The notes beneath the pieces are model-generated. The model saw nothing but the letters and a program-made list of their open reading frames with translations. It was not told the origin of the DNA and made no database searches. Position numbers and translations under genes: made by a program. Positions 1-16,220 of a stretch of DNA of 64,000 nucleotides are shown here, in pieces. Origin of the DNA: Eledone cirrhosa (lineage: Eukaryota); assembly GCA_964016885.1 (NCBI GenBank), contig OZ024741.1, forward strand, positions 39,866,001 to 39,930,000. The letters run 5' to 3'. The first letter of the stretch is position 1, and the number at the start of each line of letters is the position of its first letter.

Positions 1-157
1 GAAAAGAAAAAACGAAAGAAAACAAAGAACGAAAGAAAACAAAGAACGAAAGAAAAGCAAGAACGAAATAAACAATGAATGATTTCAAGGAGAAAAGAAA
101 AAAGAAAGAATTAAAATAAGAATATATTGGAACTGAATTCAATAGGAGAGAGAATTG

Positions 158-188
<31 letters not shown>

Positions 189-552
189 GGGCAATATTGA
201 ATATATATCGATGGAATCACATGAGATTGCTTGGCTATGTAACGTTAAACATGGCATCGCCCTCCTCAAATTAATCCTTCTTACTGCTTTTGACAATATT
301 AAAATCTTTTATTTCCCATTAGGATGAAGAGAACTTTCATCGTTTCACTTTCACTTTACAGATTTCAACAATGATCTTGTCTTGTTTAAACAAAGGTTAG
401 CCGCCACCACCCACCACCGCTCCGTCGTCGTCATCATCATCATCACCATCAACATCATCATCATTATCAACAATATCGTCATCATAATTGTCATCAACGT
501 CATCATCATCATTGATGTCCGCCTCATCATCATCATCATCATATTATCATCA

Positions 553-598
<46 letters not shown>

Positions 599-944
599 GG
601 TGGCGGCGGCAATAGTAGTATTAGTAGTAGTATTAGTAGTAGTAGTAGTAGTTTTAGCAGAAGCTCTTGTTGCTGTTCCGGTTGATGTATTTGTTGATAT
701 CTCAAATGTTTGTTGATGTAGCACACATCGTAAATGTATAATAAGCTCACCAGTGTAAAATAAAACAAAACAAACCATACGTAAAACAATAATGAAAATT
801 AATATATATATATAGTATGGTTTGCTAATTTGTTATGGAACTAACTAAATACCGAACCCATCCTTTTGATTGAGTGCTCTATCAATTTTGGATATAACCT
901 CCTGGTTTTTACCACTGCACGGACCTATTGTATGATATGGGCAA

Positions 945-1058
945 TCCTGCCAAAGACGTGTAATAGCCTGATTACGTAAATATCCGCTGATTTTGCGTAA
1001 TTTTCTTAACATTGCGGACGTAATATCTGCATTTGCACAGAAACGACGTCGTCCAGGA
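945..1058 (+). ncRNA. Degenerate type I hammerhead ribozyme in a TA-flanked short element
   Basis: tcctg-CCAAAGA (mutated CUGAAGA)-gtgtaa...ttgcac-a-GAAAC-gacgtc-GTC-cagga; stems I and II pair, stem III is the palindrome ACGACGTCGT. Confidence 0.6.
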
Positions 1059-1205
1059 AATGAGATATTTGCATGTATTTATACCTAAACACAGCCAACG
1101 TATCTACTGTTAACTAAATGTGTGCATTGTGAACAGTTGATTGCAGCTGTATTACTGCAATTCCCCGGAGGACGCTGAATTTATACCAGCGATCTTGGTT
1201 ACTTT

Positions 1206-1306
<101 letters not shown>

Positions 1307-1368
1307 CTGGGCGCACAGGCATTAGTATGTGTGTTTTCCTGCCAGCGACATATCAAATATAACGATTT

Positions 1369-1456
1369 TCATCTGAAGAAACCGTTCTCTTAATCAACAG
1401 CAAATGCATGAAGGACATCTCGATTGCATGGAGAATCGTAGAAATAATTATTATGA
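1369..1456 (+). ncRNA. Type I hammerhead ribozyme (AUU triplet)
   Basis: tcat-CTGAAGA-aaccgttctc...gagaatcgta-GAAAT-aatt-ATT-atga; palindromic stem III ATAATTAT. Confidence 0.7.
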
Positions 1457-1585
1457 TTAAACGATATATGTAACCTCAGCGTCTTATTTTATTACTTTTA
1501 TAAATTTCTCCATCGTAACTAAAACAACGATTGATGAGAGCTTTCTGCTGCTTACTCCTGTTTTTACTAAAACAATCTTTTCCGA

Positions 1586-1617
<32 letters not shown>

Positions 1618-1620
1618 CTA

Positions 1621-1650
<30 letters not shown>

Positions 1651-1655
<5 letters not shown>

Positions 1656-1855
1656 TAAAATAACAGATTAAAGTTTAAGCAAAGAATCGCTGCTTTCACC
1701 CTTAACGGAATATTCTGTGAAAGCAGCGATTCTTTGCTTAAACTTTAATCTGTTATTTTAATAAAAATTTGCTCTACGGTTCTTATATATTTGATATATA
1801 TTTATCCTTATCGAGCCCTCTTTGGATTTTAGTCTTCGAATTTATTATTATTACT
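1651..1855. mobile_element. TA-embedded short element with a perfect ~49 bp fold-back containing the 3' part of an HHR-like motif
   Basis: tttattaaaataacag...gctttcac (1651-1699) is the reverse complement of 1717-1765. Related sequence at 48777-48920 and 58937-58995, and partially at 54717-54766 and 60628-60678. Confidence 0.7.
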
Positions 1856-1941
1856 ATTATTATTATTATTATTACTATATATATATATACATACATATAT
1901 ATATATATATACATACATACACACATATATATATACATACA

Positions 1942-1983
<42 letters not shown>

Positions 1984-2258
1984 CATGCCAAAATAACCAT
2001 ACGTTTACTTAATACTCCCAAGAGGTTACGAAACTACAATGTTCCGAACGCAAGTTTTCTGGATACGTTCTTATACAATCTTAATCCATCTGATATTTTC
2101 AAATTACATCTACACTTCGTTAACTCTTGTCACACTCAAACACACATCGATAATCTTTTCATATGTATTAATTATTAATTCATAAACATGTATGTGTGTG
2201 CGTGTGTAGAAAAATATTCATATGTATGTGGGCGTATTCATACATGTATGTATATATG

Positions 2259-2480
<222 letters not shown>

Positions 2481-2784
2481 TACATACATACATACATACA
2501 TACATACCAACATAGAAACTGCCCCTTCTATCATTCTAATTGGCGAAAGGCTTAACCTAGCGATCAATTGGTTTGACTTCAGATCTTCAGTTCCTCCGAT
2601 CTTTGCAATGTTCGGTAAATTGACAAACAGACAGACTAAACAAAGAGACACTACTATGACATTTATAATAAATATTCAAAGACCTCTCGCTTCCTCATCT
2701 ATATAAAAAATAAACGACCTCGTTAATCCGCTTGAAATCTCCATTGTGTTTTGGGAGGCACGGTGCTAAATGTTTCATCAGGCT

Positions 2785-2977
2785 CTTGTTGATGTTGTTA
2801 CTGATGTTGTTGTTGTTATTGGGGTGGGGTGGTGGGGGTCTTAGTGTTGATTTTATTGGTGTTGTTGTTGTTAATGGGGTGGTAGTGGTGGTAGTCATAG
2901 TGTTGATTGTATTAGTGTTGTTGTTGTTGTAATTGGGGTGGTGGTGGTGGTGGTCGTCGTAGAGTTGATTGTATTGG

Positions 2978-3017
<40 letters not shown>

Positions 3018-3475
3018 ATTGGGGTATTGGAGTTGGCGGTGGTGGTAGTAGTAGTGGTGGTGGTGGTGTTAATAAGGGTCCAGTGCTGGTTGTATTGCGG
3101 TTGTTGTGATGGTGGTGGTGTTAATAGTGGTCGTTGTGTTGGTTGTATTGCTGTTGTTCTTGTTGTGAAGGTGGCTGTGGTGGTGGTGGTGTTAATGATG
3201 GTTGTAGTGTTGGTTGTATTGTTGTTGTGGTTGTGGTTGTGGTTGTGGTTGTGGTGGTGGTGGTGGTGGTGGTGTTAATGATGGTTGTTGTGTTGGTTGT
3301 ATTGCTGTTGTTGTTGTTTTTGTTGCTATTGTTGTTAGTATTGTTCTTGTTATATCAGTTGTTATTAGTGTTACTGTTGTTGTTGTCAGATTATATTAGA
3401 TATTATTGTTGTTGTTGTTAGGTTAAACTAATTGTTATTGCTAATGTTGTTTTAGTTCTTGTTATTGTTGTTTCA
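2785..3475. repeat. Degenerate (GTT/GGT)n low-complexity tract in the Pitx intron
   Basis: Trinucleotide runs read directly. Confidence 0.95.
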
Positions 3476-3637
3476 ACTTTGATCTCCTTTGATCTCAATT
3501 CGATATCGAAGCTTTCAATTCGAAATTGGAAAAAGAATTGGAGATAAATAGATAGATAGATAGATAGATAGATAGAAAGAGAGAGAGAGAGAGAGAGCGA
3601 GAGAGATCATGAGGGCAGAGTGAGGAGAGAGATAAAA

Positions 3638-3728
<91 letters not shown>

Positions 3729-4038
3729 GAGAGAGAATGGACGAAGGGTGAAGTGAGAAAGTGATATACAGAAAGCTAATGATTTCTTTATCGATACCGA
3801 ACGGGTTGATAACAAATTTGATCTGGGTGAGATTTGAACTTAGAACATAAAGAGCCGGAACTAATACCGCAAAGTATTGGGTCGTCAAGAATGAAATTTG
3901 TAGTAGGGAATATAGTCATATGTTTTTCTACAAATTCATATTTGACGATCCAATATTTCATCCATTGCATTGTAGAGTGCTTCAAATCTGTTATAAAAAT
4001 AACTGTTGAATAATCAATAAACCATATAACTCATTATT

Positions 4039-4112
<74 letters not shown>

Positions 4113-4236
4113 TATAAAGAGGGTTTTATGTAGAGATATAGTAGAAGGAAATCAACAAATGGAACAATGATGGTAATAAATAGTAATGATAACATTACAG
4201 AAAATAGAATAATTTTCAATAATAATAATAATAATG

Positions 4237-4258
4237 TTTTTTTTCTCTCTTTTTTTAG
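4237..4258 (+). promoter_or_regulatory. Polypyrimidine tract and AG splice acceptor of the last Pitx intron
   Basis: ttttttttctctctttttttAG|GTGTGGTTCAAG; a phase-0 intron before VWF is the conserved PRD-class homeobox intron position (codons 46/47). Confidence 0.93.
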
Positions 4259-4783
4259 GTGTGGTTCAAGAATCGACGTGCAAAATGGCGGAAACGTGAA
4301 CGAAACATGGAGACCTTTAAGAATGGTTTCGGCCCTCAGTTCAGTGGTTTGATGCAACCACCATTCGATGACAGTCTTTACACAGGATATTCCTACAACA
4401 ACTGGGCTACCAAAGTACCGAGTCCACTAGGGCCAAAGGGCTTCTCATGGGGACTAAACTCTGTCAACCATCTACCATCAGTAGTGACAACTCAACCAAT
4501 GTGTTTCTCTTCGCCCGCCAGTAGCATCAGCAGCAGTATGGTAGGAGGTGGAGTGCCAAATGTCGCCTCAATGGGTAACGTGACATCGCCGAATACAGCA
4601 TGCCCTTACGCACCTCCAGCACCACCTTACATCTACAACAGAGACCAGTGTTCGACAAGCATTGCTTCTCTCAGGTTAAAAGCCAAACAACACAGTCCTT
4701 TCGGTTACCCCACTGTACCGACCAGACAACCCACCCTATCGGCCTGTCAGTACGCAACTGTTGGCAACGGTAGCACTGTCTGA
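4259..4783 (+). CDS. Pitx: Pitx (pituitary homeobox) terminal coding exon: homeodomain helix 3 (K50) plus C-terminal OAR motif
   Basis: Translates as [16 protein letters not shown]...YNNWATK...[31 protein letters not shown]..., stop TGA 4781-4783. WFKN (Lys50), YNNW and [12 protein letters not shown] are diagnostic of Pitx. The ORF-track 'M' is GTG (Val) right after a splice acceptor; upstream exons are not seen in the window. Confidence 0.96.
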   Translation: MWFKNRRAKWRKRERNMETFKNGFGPQFSGLMQPPFDDSLYTGYSYNNWATKVPSPLGPKGFSWGLNSVNHLPSVVTTQPMCFSSPASSISSSMVGGGVPNVASMGNVTSPNTACPYAPPAPPYIYNRDQCSTSIASLRLKAKQHSPFGYPTVPTRQPTLSACQYATVGNGSTV

Positions 4784-5627
4784 GAAGAGCGTAGGATTCT
4801 GCTGTGTTGATAGTGGCAGTAATGGTGGTGATACTGGCGCTGATGGTGGTGGTGGTGGTGGAGGTGATGTTGGAGGTGTTGGTGGTGTTGGTGATAGTGG
4901 TGATGGTGATGGTGACAGCCGGTCAATTGTGTCATCAAAACACCACAAAGAAATCAATGAATCATATCTCTTAGATTTTTCTCTTTTTATTTTATTATTT
5001 TTTTCTTCATCAAAGACAAAGAAGAAGGAAAATGGAAGAAGGAAAATATAACGAAAAAATACAAAAAAAATATATACAAAGGAAATAAACAAAAACCAAC
5101 TAAATACACACAGACACATACACACACAGACATACACATACATACATACACATACACATGACAGAATGAAAATTACGAAAGAGTGAGTGAAAGACGATTA
5201 CAAGAATGAAAACCAATAAAACAGTAAAAGAAAATCAACAAAAATGAATTACAAATGACAGGTGGAAAGAATAACTGGAAGATTGCCAGAAAGAAAATAA
5301 AGCTGAAAATACGTAAAGAAGAACAATTCAATAATATATTTGAAAGAGTGATAATAATAAAGGTTTTAAGAGGAAAAAGAGAAGACAAAATGATGATTAA
5401 TAAGAATGAAAGAGAAAGGAATGTGAGAGAATGAGTGAGAAAAAGATTAAAGACCGTTGATAGATAAAGGCAGACGGGGTTGGGTTAAATTGAAGAGAAA
5501 GAAGTTAGAGGAACGAAGGATAATTTGAGGACATATATATACAGGTATATATATATGCGTGTGTGTGTTATACAAACACATGCATGTGTGTTATACAAAC
5601 ACAAGGATAATTTGAGGACACATATAT

Positions 5628-5672
<45 letters not shown>

Positions 5673-5688
5673 GAGGACATATATATAT

Positions 5689-5738
<50 letters not shown>

Positions 5739-5752
5739 GAACGTTTTACACA

Positions 5753-5807
<55 letters not shown>

Positions 5808-5824
5808 ACAATGTATGTGTATAG

Positions 5825-5877
<53 letters not shown>

Positions 5878-5880
<3 letters not shown>

Positions 5881-6074
5881 CAAAGGAATTGTGGTAAGGA
5901 ACCAGATGGACCATAACGCACCAGAGTACTCAATACTTAGGGTAGTAGAGTGGGAAATAGGAAAATGTAAGACCCCGACGGCAGAGCTCAAGCCGTTTCG
6001 ACAGTCATTTCTGGACTGAGTCCAGAAATAGCCGTCGAAACGGCTTGATCTCTGCCGTCGGAGTCTTGCTTTTT

Positions 6075-6078
<4 letters not shown>
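5878..6078 (-). mobile_element. TA-embedded ~200 bp element with a fold-back carrying the 3' half of an HHR (family also at 25829-25997, 28925-29110, 35455-35577, 44032-44150, 47455-47590, 50590-50678, 53241-53436)
   Basis: Shared body cctattacccactctactaccctaagtattgagtactctggtgcgttatggtccatctggttccttaccaca; head GAAACggcttgagctc(a/t)gccGTC-gggg; most copies carry an inverted duplication of the head; all abut (TA)n. Confidence 0.85.
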
Positions 6079-6131
<53 letters not shown>

Positions 6132-6809
6132 ATGTATGTATATATGTATGTATATATGTATGTATGGATGGGTGGATGTATGCATGTATGTCTGTATGAT
6201 TGTATCTATATCCGATTGGAAATGGATTGATAACATGAAGAATACTGAGAATATTGATACGCAAAAAAGTAAGGAACAATATAATAAAATAAAATTAAAT
6301 GAATTAAAATAAAATGAATTCATAAATAAATAATTAAATACAATTTAAACCAAAAAAAAAAAAATGAATTTTTTAATTCGAAAAAAAAAAATAATGAAGT
6401 AAATAAATTCTATGTTATTAACTTTCAATTCTGTAGTTATCACAATAATAATAATTATAATGTGTCTGCTAATTATTTCTGACTATTCACACAAAAGAGA
6501 AAAAAAAAAAATGAAAATATAATAATAACGAAGAACCGTACGACAATAAGACAAGAAAATACAAACAAACTCCCGCCCCTTGCCCCCTTGAAAATTGACT
6601 TTCATCAAACATAAAAACAAAAAACAAAAAAAAAAAACAAAAAAAAAAACAAAACAAAAACTCTGCAATACTGTTTGGTTTTTCTTTCTCCTGTGAACAG
6701 AAGAGAATATAATAAACATCATTATCGTCGTCGTCGTTAATTTTTATTATCATTGTTGTTATTATTATTGTTATCTGCTTATTATTATCATTATCATTAT
6801 CATTATCAG

Positions 6810-7810
6810 GGGTTATCTTTGCCTTTCATCCTTACGGGGTTGATAAAATAAAGTACCAGTAATACACTGGGAAATTGCTGGCCTTGTGCCAAAAGTAGAA
6901 ACAATTATCAGGGGCGGTGAATTAGCAGTATCGGTAAAGGGTCTGACACCATGCTTTACAGCATAGAATTACGTCTCTTTATGGTCTGAGTTCAAATCCT
7001 GCCGAGGTTAACTTTGCCTTTCATCCTTACGGGCTCGATAAAATAAAGTACCAGTAATACAATGGGGTAATTGCTGACCTTGTGCCAAATGTAGAAACAA
7101 TTATTATCATTGTCATTATGGACGGTAGATTGGCAGAATCAGTGGAGCGTCAGACACCATGCTTCGTGGCATAGCGTTCCGGCCCTTTACGTTCTGAGTT
7201 CAAATCCTGCCGAGGTTAGCTTTGCCTTTCACGAGGTTGATAACTAAAGCACCCGTAATGAACTTGGGCCGATTTAATCGACTTTCCCCTCCCCTTCAAA
7301 TTTATGGCCTTGTGCCTGAAGTAGAAACAATTATCATTATTATTATTAATTTGCCTTTCATCCTTACGGGGTCGATAAAATAAAGTACCAGTAATGCACT
7401 GGGTAATTTGCTGGCCTTGTGCCTAAAGTAGAAACAATTATTATTATTAAATAAATGAGTTCAAATCCCGCCGAGGTTAACTTTGCCTTTCATCCTTTCG
7501 GGGTCGATAAAATAAAGTACCAGTAATACACTGGGTATTTGCTGGCCTTGTGCCAAAGGTATAAACAATTATTATTATTAAAATAAATAAATAAATAAAT
7601 AAAGAAAGAAAGAAATCATTATTATTATTATTATCATTGCGGTGGAATGGCAGAATCGGTAGAGCGTCAGACATCTTGCCGAGGTTAACTTTGCCTTTCA
7701 TCCTTACGATGTTGTCATAACAAAGCACCAGTAATGTACTGGGGTAGATTCAATCGTCTTTTTCCTCCCCTTCAAATTGCAGGCCTTGTACCTAATGTAG
7801 AAACAATTAT
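6810..7810 (+). mobile_element. Tandem cluster of about six full or partial tRNA-derived SINEs with a Nin-domain-like core
   Basis: Repeated unit: ggcggtggattggcagtatcggtagag (A-box-like), gagttcaaatcc (B-box), aactttgcctttcatccttacggggtcgataaaataaagtaccag, ccttgtgcc..aagtagaaacaattatt tail. Confidence 0.88.
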
Positions 7811-7934
7811 TATTATCATTGTTGTTATTTTTATTGCTTTGGGAAGGCCGGTACCATAAGCTGGAAGTACTGAGTGAAAACCACAACAAAATATATAATT
7901 TTTTTAAATTTTACCTCATATTTCATATTTTAAA

Positions 7935-8126
7935 GTAATTGTTTCTACGTTAGGCACAAGGCCAGCAATTATCGAGTGCATTACTGGTACTTTATTTTAT
8001 CGACCCCGTAAGGATGAAAGGCAAAGTTAACCTTGGCGGGATTTGAACTCAGAATGGCAAGGGCCGTAACTCTATACATCAAAGCATGGCGTCCGACCCT
8101 ATACCAATACTGCCAATCCACCGCCC
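7935..8126 (-). mobile_element. Full-length SINE of the same family
   Basis: Reverse complement of the unit at 24301-24492. Confidence 0.88.
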
Positions 8127-8749
8127 TGTAATAAATACAAAATATTAGTTTATACTTTACTTCATATTTCATATTTCGGCTTAGCAGAACCTTTTTCAAA
8201 AAGAAAGTATATGGTGTCATCGCCATTATAGTCAATTGCATTCCTTTGGAATAAAACATGTAAAGATGTTTGTTTTTCTTTATTCAACTCTGGTGTCCAC
8301 TCTTTATTTATCGAACCTACATTGTACCAGCTTTCCTATAAGAATACTAACTGCATATTTCACAATGTTACGTATAAACTATGATGCATTGTTCGTGTTA
8401 TCGATATTATTAATATTATTCATTTTCACAGGGATGATCTTATTAACACTGAATCATTTAATTGATTCTCAAGCAATTATTATTATTGTTATTATTACTG
8501 TTATTTTTGTTGCACACCGTCACTGCATTACCGAGTACAGCTATGTACACATTACGTCTGTGCAGTTTAGCTTTTGGTTGTGTTGTTTCTATTGTATTGA
8601 GACTACTCATTGCTATATATGTGCAGCAGTGTTATTTTCCTGGGGTTTTGGTTATATATCTGCCTGTGTATTTATTTATTTGTCATTCCTATTATTATAG
8701 CTATTGTTTCCGTTTTCATCATCCTCATTCGTGTTATTTCTATCTCTAG

Positions 8750-10250
8750 ATCTTTATATTTTATATTTGGATAATTTCCTTCAAAGATATATTGTCATTT
8801 CTGGGGAGAGACACATCAATTAGAAGATATTTTTGTCTATGACATGATCTCCTTGAGTGTGCGTATTGGCACATCCCAGAGTATGGTTGCTTTCTCATTC
8901 ACTGACAACTTTTCTGGTGTGTGTTTTCACCACCTTTTATCTGTTGGTAATTCCTAGTGTTGGCATAACTTCCAGTGTATGTAAATTATATCTCTACCAT
9001 GTCTGTGGATATATTCCCTTTTGGCTAAGACAAGGCTACCTGAGATAATGTGGTTAATTGCACCCCCCAACCCCCACCTCTCCATATTGTGCAATTACTT
9101 ACTGTGTTCTGCTTCATTGTGTACTTCTGGTGGTTAGCGATTTCATCTTTTACTGCTATTAGAAATCCTTCCCCCTCGGATTTTAGTCTAGTAGCCAGTT
9201 TTATGAGCTTTCTTGACAACTACCTCTCTATTCAGCTTTTTCAAGTATTGGCCATGTAAGGGTTGTTATTGCTATTGTTTTAGCATGGTATTTTGGAGGC
9301 CTTTTTTCAATGTCTGTTGTTGTTTCTTCTTTGTTTTCGTTTTCCTCACAATTATCTACCAATCCAGCTTCTGTTTTGAATTTGTTGGCGTCCTTATAGA
9401 TAAAAAAAAATTCTCTTTGTTTTCTTTGTGTGTCATTGCTATTTGTATAAACTTTCCTTTGTTCTTCATTAGATATTGTTGTAGTCCCACAGCAGTGATT
9501 TCATAATAGTTTTCTAGTTGCTTAAGGCTCCTTTCTCCTTGTGTTCGTGGTAGGTATAATCTTTTTACAGCTGATTTTGGATGGTGTATTCTAAATGTTG
9601 TCATTATTTTTCTTGTTTTTTTTCTATGTATTCCCGGTAGTTCTTTTATTATCCCATTCAGAATGATACAACTGTAAGCTTACTACTGGGATCACTATAG
9701 TATTTATGCCAATTACCTTATTTTTTGCATTTAGTTCAGTTTTAAGCATTAATCTAATCCATCTAGAATATTCCTTTCTAATATTTTCTTTCGTCTGTGT
9801 GTGTGTTGAACCTTGTCTAATTCGTTATTCCTAATTTTTTTAATATCCGTGTTTGATCTAATTTTCTGATCTCAATTTCTGTATCTAGCATAATATTAGT
9901 GCGTTACGTTAGTTTTCCACTCTTCAGAGTTGCCTTGTCGCATTATACTAGTCTATATTCCATGCCTATTTATTTTGTGAATCCATGTATTGTCTGTAAA
10001 GCTTTAGATCAACCATATACAGGAGATGGACATTTGTCTTTTTTATGCCTTTATACCCCTGGGATGGGCTCAATTTTTATCGTTCCATCCTTTGTTTGTA
10101 ACTGCAGAAGTCTTTATCACTTACTCATAGTATTCTTGTTAAATGGTTTTATTTTTGGCACTACTTTATTCATTGCTAGTACTCAGTATCATTCTATGGG
10201 GAACACTGTCAAACGCCTTCTGGGTTCATTTGAGAGTTTTTGATTTTATT
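8750..10250 (-). mobile_element. Degraded R4/Dong-type non-LTR retrotransposon fragment
   Basis: ORF 9356-9604 HHPKSAVKRLYLPRTQGERSL matches HHPKADIDRIYLPRKEGGRGL of the younger copy at 12857-13465; many stops and frameshifts. Confidence 0.75.
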
Positions 10251-10710
10251 TGTCACTTGAGGGGTAAAGTTAAGCCCATCATATAGAATGTTATCATTTT
10301 TGTTCGGTACCATTTTGCGCGCACAGTTCTACGTATGTTTCGCTATTTTTATATGAAAACTTGTAATAAAATCAATGCATTTTGTGTCATTGACAAGCAG
10401 CAGTATTTTATTTTTCTTGCTTCGCTTTTTGGTTTGGTTTATTTTTGTTTTAGTCATTAGTCGGGGCTTGTACACTCACTGAATCTTGTGGCTGTTTGTA
10501 AACTAGTTGCATATTTCGAACGTGGTTCCAGTGTTAAGAAATTCATATGATAAGGACAATCCATATATGGAATATGGTTTTAGTAGAGTTCCTTGGTTCT
10601 ACCGAATTCTTCCTTTTCTGGCTATATTTACTATTTTTCATCGATGATGTACGATTTATTTTAAATCATGCGGGGTACTTCGTTATAGGCATCTATGATA
10701 TTAATCAGTC

Positions 10711-10812
10711 TCTTCTTCTTCTTCTTCTTCTTCTTCTTCTTCTTCTTCTTCTTCTTCTTCTTCTTCTTCTTCTTCTTCTTCTTCTTCTTCTTCTTCTTCT
10801 TCTTCTTCTTCT
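10711..10812. repeat. (CTT)n microsatellite
   Basis: Perfect run. Confidence 0.98.
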
Positions 10813-10929
10813 TTCACGCAGTGTAGACGGAAAATGCACTGTTGTATTTAGTCATCTATCAAATCACAACAAGGACCTCATACAGATAATACTATCCTTA
10901 AATGTGTGCAGGTTGAATTTTGTATGACA

Positions 10930-11680
10930 TCAAACTTGCTTTAAAAAATCTTGGAGTTTCAATGGAATTAATCCTAATTCTGTGATTGCTATTGGTATCA
11001 CTTTAACCCTCGCACATTTCAAACAGTTTTGCCGTCTTCACTTTCAATTCGGAGTATTTGGTGATTTGTTCAACCTTTTTACTCTGTCTGGATATGTGCT
11101 ATAACAACATTTATCGTTTTTGTAATTCTATTCATCATACTCCTATCTACCTTTCTCGTATTCATCGGGGTTTTTTCTTCGGGGGCATTCATCAAATCAA
11201 TAAACCGTCTTTGTAACGTAAACGATTCATCATCCACTTGGCTCTCTCCGCTTGTATAACCAGCCTCAGCAGCACTAGGGCTCAATCTATAACCTCCCTC
11301 TTCAGTAATCCTAACAGACTCATTATAACTTCCCTGTTTCTATTCTTCGTTTTCTCTCTGACTTCAACTGTAGAGACGGCTTCAACTTCAACTCTAATCT
11401 CCCTTGGTTGTTCATCTGCAGGTTTCCTTTAAACGTTCACTAAACCAAGATATTTCTACCTCAGTTAACCAACTATTCCTCCTAATCACCCTTATTTGAT
11501 TCATCAGTTTACTTCCTGACATAGAAAACATCTCCTTTCCATCCCAAAATCCAAGGAACGCCGCCTTAATCCACGGTTTCCCTCCAGTTTTGCTCTTTCA
11601 TCACATTCAATGAGTGTAGCATACTCACCTTTCATTCACTTGCGTCTAGCTGCGCGCACATTCTTGTATGGTATTTTTAT
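10930..11680 (-). mobile_element. Internally deleted or degraded R4/Dong-like remnant
   Basis: Minus-strand reading resembles an RLE C-terminus (KYSELKV...VKVIPIAITGLG) and an N-terminal QIRVIRRNSWLTEVE-like segment; heavily decayed. Confidence 0.45.
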
Positions 11681-11739
11681 TATTTGACGGTCCTTGTGTC
11701 CAATAAATAAAACCATTATTATTATTATTATTATCATTA

Positions 11740-11938
11740 AGGGTGGTGGATTGGCAGAATCGGTAGAGCGCCAGACACCATGATTTGTAACATAGTGTTA
11801 TGGCCCTCTACGTTCAGATTTCAAATCCCGATGAGGTTAGCTTTGCCTTTCGTCCTTACGAGGTCGATAAAATAAAATAAATCGACTTTCCCCTCCCTCA
11901 AAATTGCTGGCCTTGTGCCTATACAAGAAACCAATATT
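11740..11938 (+). mobile_element. SINE copy whose (TTA)n tail abuts the Dong chain
   Basis: Same head and core as other copies, ending aagaaaccaatattattatt. Confidence 0.85.
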
Positions 11939-11962
11939 ATTATTATTATTATTATTATTATT

Positions 11963-14480
<2,518 letters not shown>

Positions 14481-14494
14481 TTATTATTATTATT

Positions 14495-15890
14495 GTTGTT
14501 CTTTGAGTCTCAATCATTGATGTTAGTTAACTGGAAGGTTTGTTGAAATGAATATCAAGCCTCTTTAAGTCCTGGTATCGGTTAATTTTCTCCATCTCCT
14601 TCTCTTGCACTCTCGTGTCGAATGGGCAGGCTACATCTACAATCAGGCATGATCTTTTTTCCTTGTCCCAAGCCACCAGGTCAGGTCTATTGTGTTCCAG
14701 TTTCTTGTCCGTCTGTATCCTAAAATCCCATAGCACCTTCACCTGATCGTTTTCTATCACCGACTCTGGCTTATGCTCATACCACTTCTCAGAATGTGGT
14801 AAATTGTTTACTTTGCATAGGTGAAGGTGGATCACCCTGCCCATCACATCATGTCTCCAGCCTTTATAGTGAGTCTGGGCTAGGTGTTTACACTCGGATA
14901 CAATGTGATCCACAGTCTCCTCTCTCTCTCCACAGATCTTACACGGTGTGCTAGCCTCCTCCTTGTAAATATAGTGTTTCACCCACTTCGTTTTAAGGGC
15001 CTGCTCTTGCGCAGCCATTAGTATTCTTTCTGTAGCCTTTTTAAGGTCTCCTCTTTTCAACCAGTGCCATGTCTGTGGATCTCTAAATTCAGTTTTCTCA
15101 AAGAAGGTACTATGAAGGGATTTTTCATGAAGGTTGCTCTTCCTCTTTGTTGTTATTTCCTCCTTGGACATCCCCTAGTCTATTATCCTCTCCTTCAGTA
15201 CAATTCTGAGCATTGGCTCCCTACTGTCAGTCACGTATTTGTGTAGGTTGTTTTTCTCCATCTGAACACAGTCCTCTATGTTGATAAGACCTCTTCCACC
15301 TTCAGATCTCCTTAAGTAGAGTCTATCGACATCACTCCTCTTGTGGAACATGTTGTAGATAGTTAATAGCTTCCTAGTCTTCCTATCCATTTCTTTTTGT
15401 TCAGCAACATTCCATTTCAGAATTCTCGCACTGTACCTAATAATAGACACAGCTCGGGAATTCACTGCACTTATGAGATTCCTACTATTTAGATGTGATA
15501 TTAATACGCTCCTTACTCTCCTAATGTACTCAGATCTTATCAATTCCTTCATTTTTTTGTTCTTGATGTCATCTGCCTCCAGAACACCTAAATATTTGTA
15601 TCCTTCTTCAGTGTCAATTTCCTTTATCATTTCACCTGTTGGTACCTGGATTCTGTTGCTACCTGGATTCTGTTGCTTCTGCTCAATTTACCCCTCTTAA
15701 TCATTAGGACTCCACACTTATTAATACCAAATTGCATACATATATCATTGCTGAAAATACGGACAGTGTCAACAAGCACATCCAACTCCTTCTCACTCTT
15801 CCCGAAGAGCTTAAGATCGTCCATGAAGAGGAGGTGATTGATGGTAAGCTCTCCCTTTCCCAACTTGTATCCTGCTCTCACTTTTCGCAG
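14495..15890 (-). mobile_element. 5'-truncated R4/Dong LINE, family B copy 2 (includes RT FMDD)
   Basis: HLLFMDDLKLFG, YKYLG, GGRGL, CCHC and RLE motifs; same 3' UTR as copy 1; ~200 bp deletion near 14560; 18 bp tandem duplication at 15643-15678. Confidence 0.92.
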
Positions 15891-15920
15891 TATTATTATT
15901 ATTATTATTATATTATTATT

Positions 15921-16220
15921 ATTGTTCTTTGAGTCTCAGTCATTGATGTTATTTAACTGGAAAGTTTGTTGAAATGAATATCAAGCCACTACTTGCAGCC
16001 TCATATATTCAGGACGTATCGGAGGGTTTTTGCTGTTCCCAGCAACCATGCCTTTTGAAGTGTTCCAAAAAGCGGGGTGGGACCAATTTTCTTTAACCAT
16101 CCTTGGAAACTCTTTGAGATAGTGCCTAGTGCGTCTATGACAGTTCCAAATCCTTTTTACCTCCCACTTTAAGTCCTGGTATCGGTTAATTTTCTCCCTC
16201 TCCTTCTCTTGCACTCTCGA
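15921..16220 (-). mobile_element. Short 3' fragment of R4/Dong family B, copy 3
   Basis: Near-identical to 13653-13975 with a small deletion; (TAA)n at 15891-15920. Confidence 0.9.

Noticed and set aside
6810-7810. Regularly recurring repeats resembling a CRISPR array
   Set aside because: Units are ~100-200 bp SINE copies dispersed across the window; no unique spacers or cas genes; eukaryotic context.
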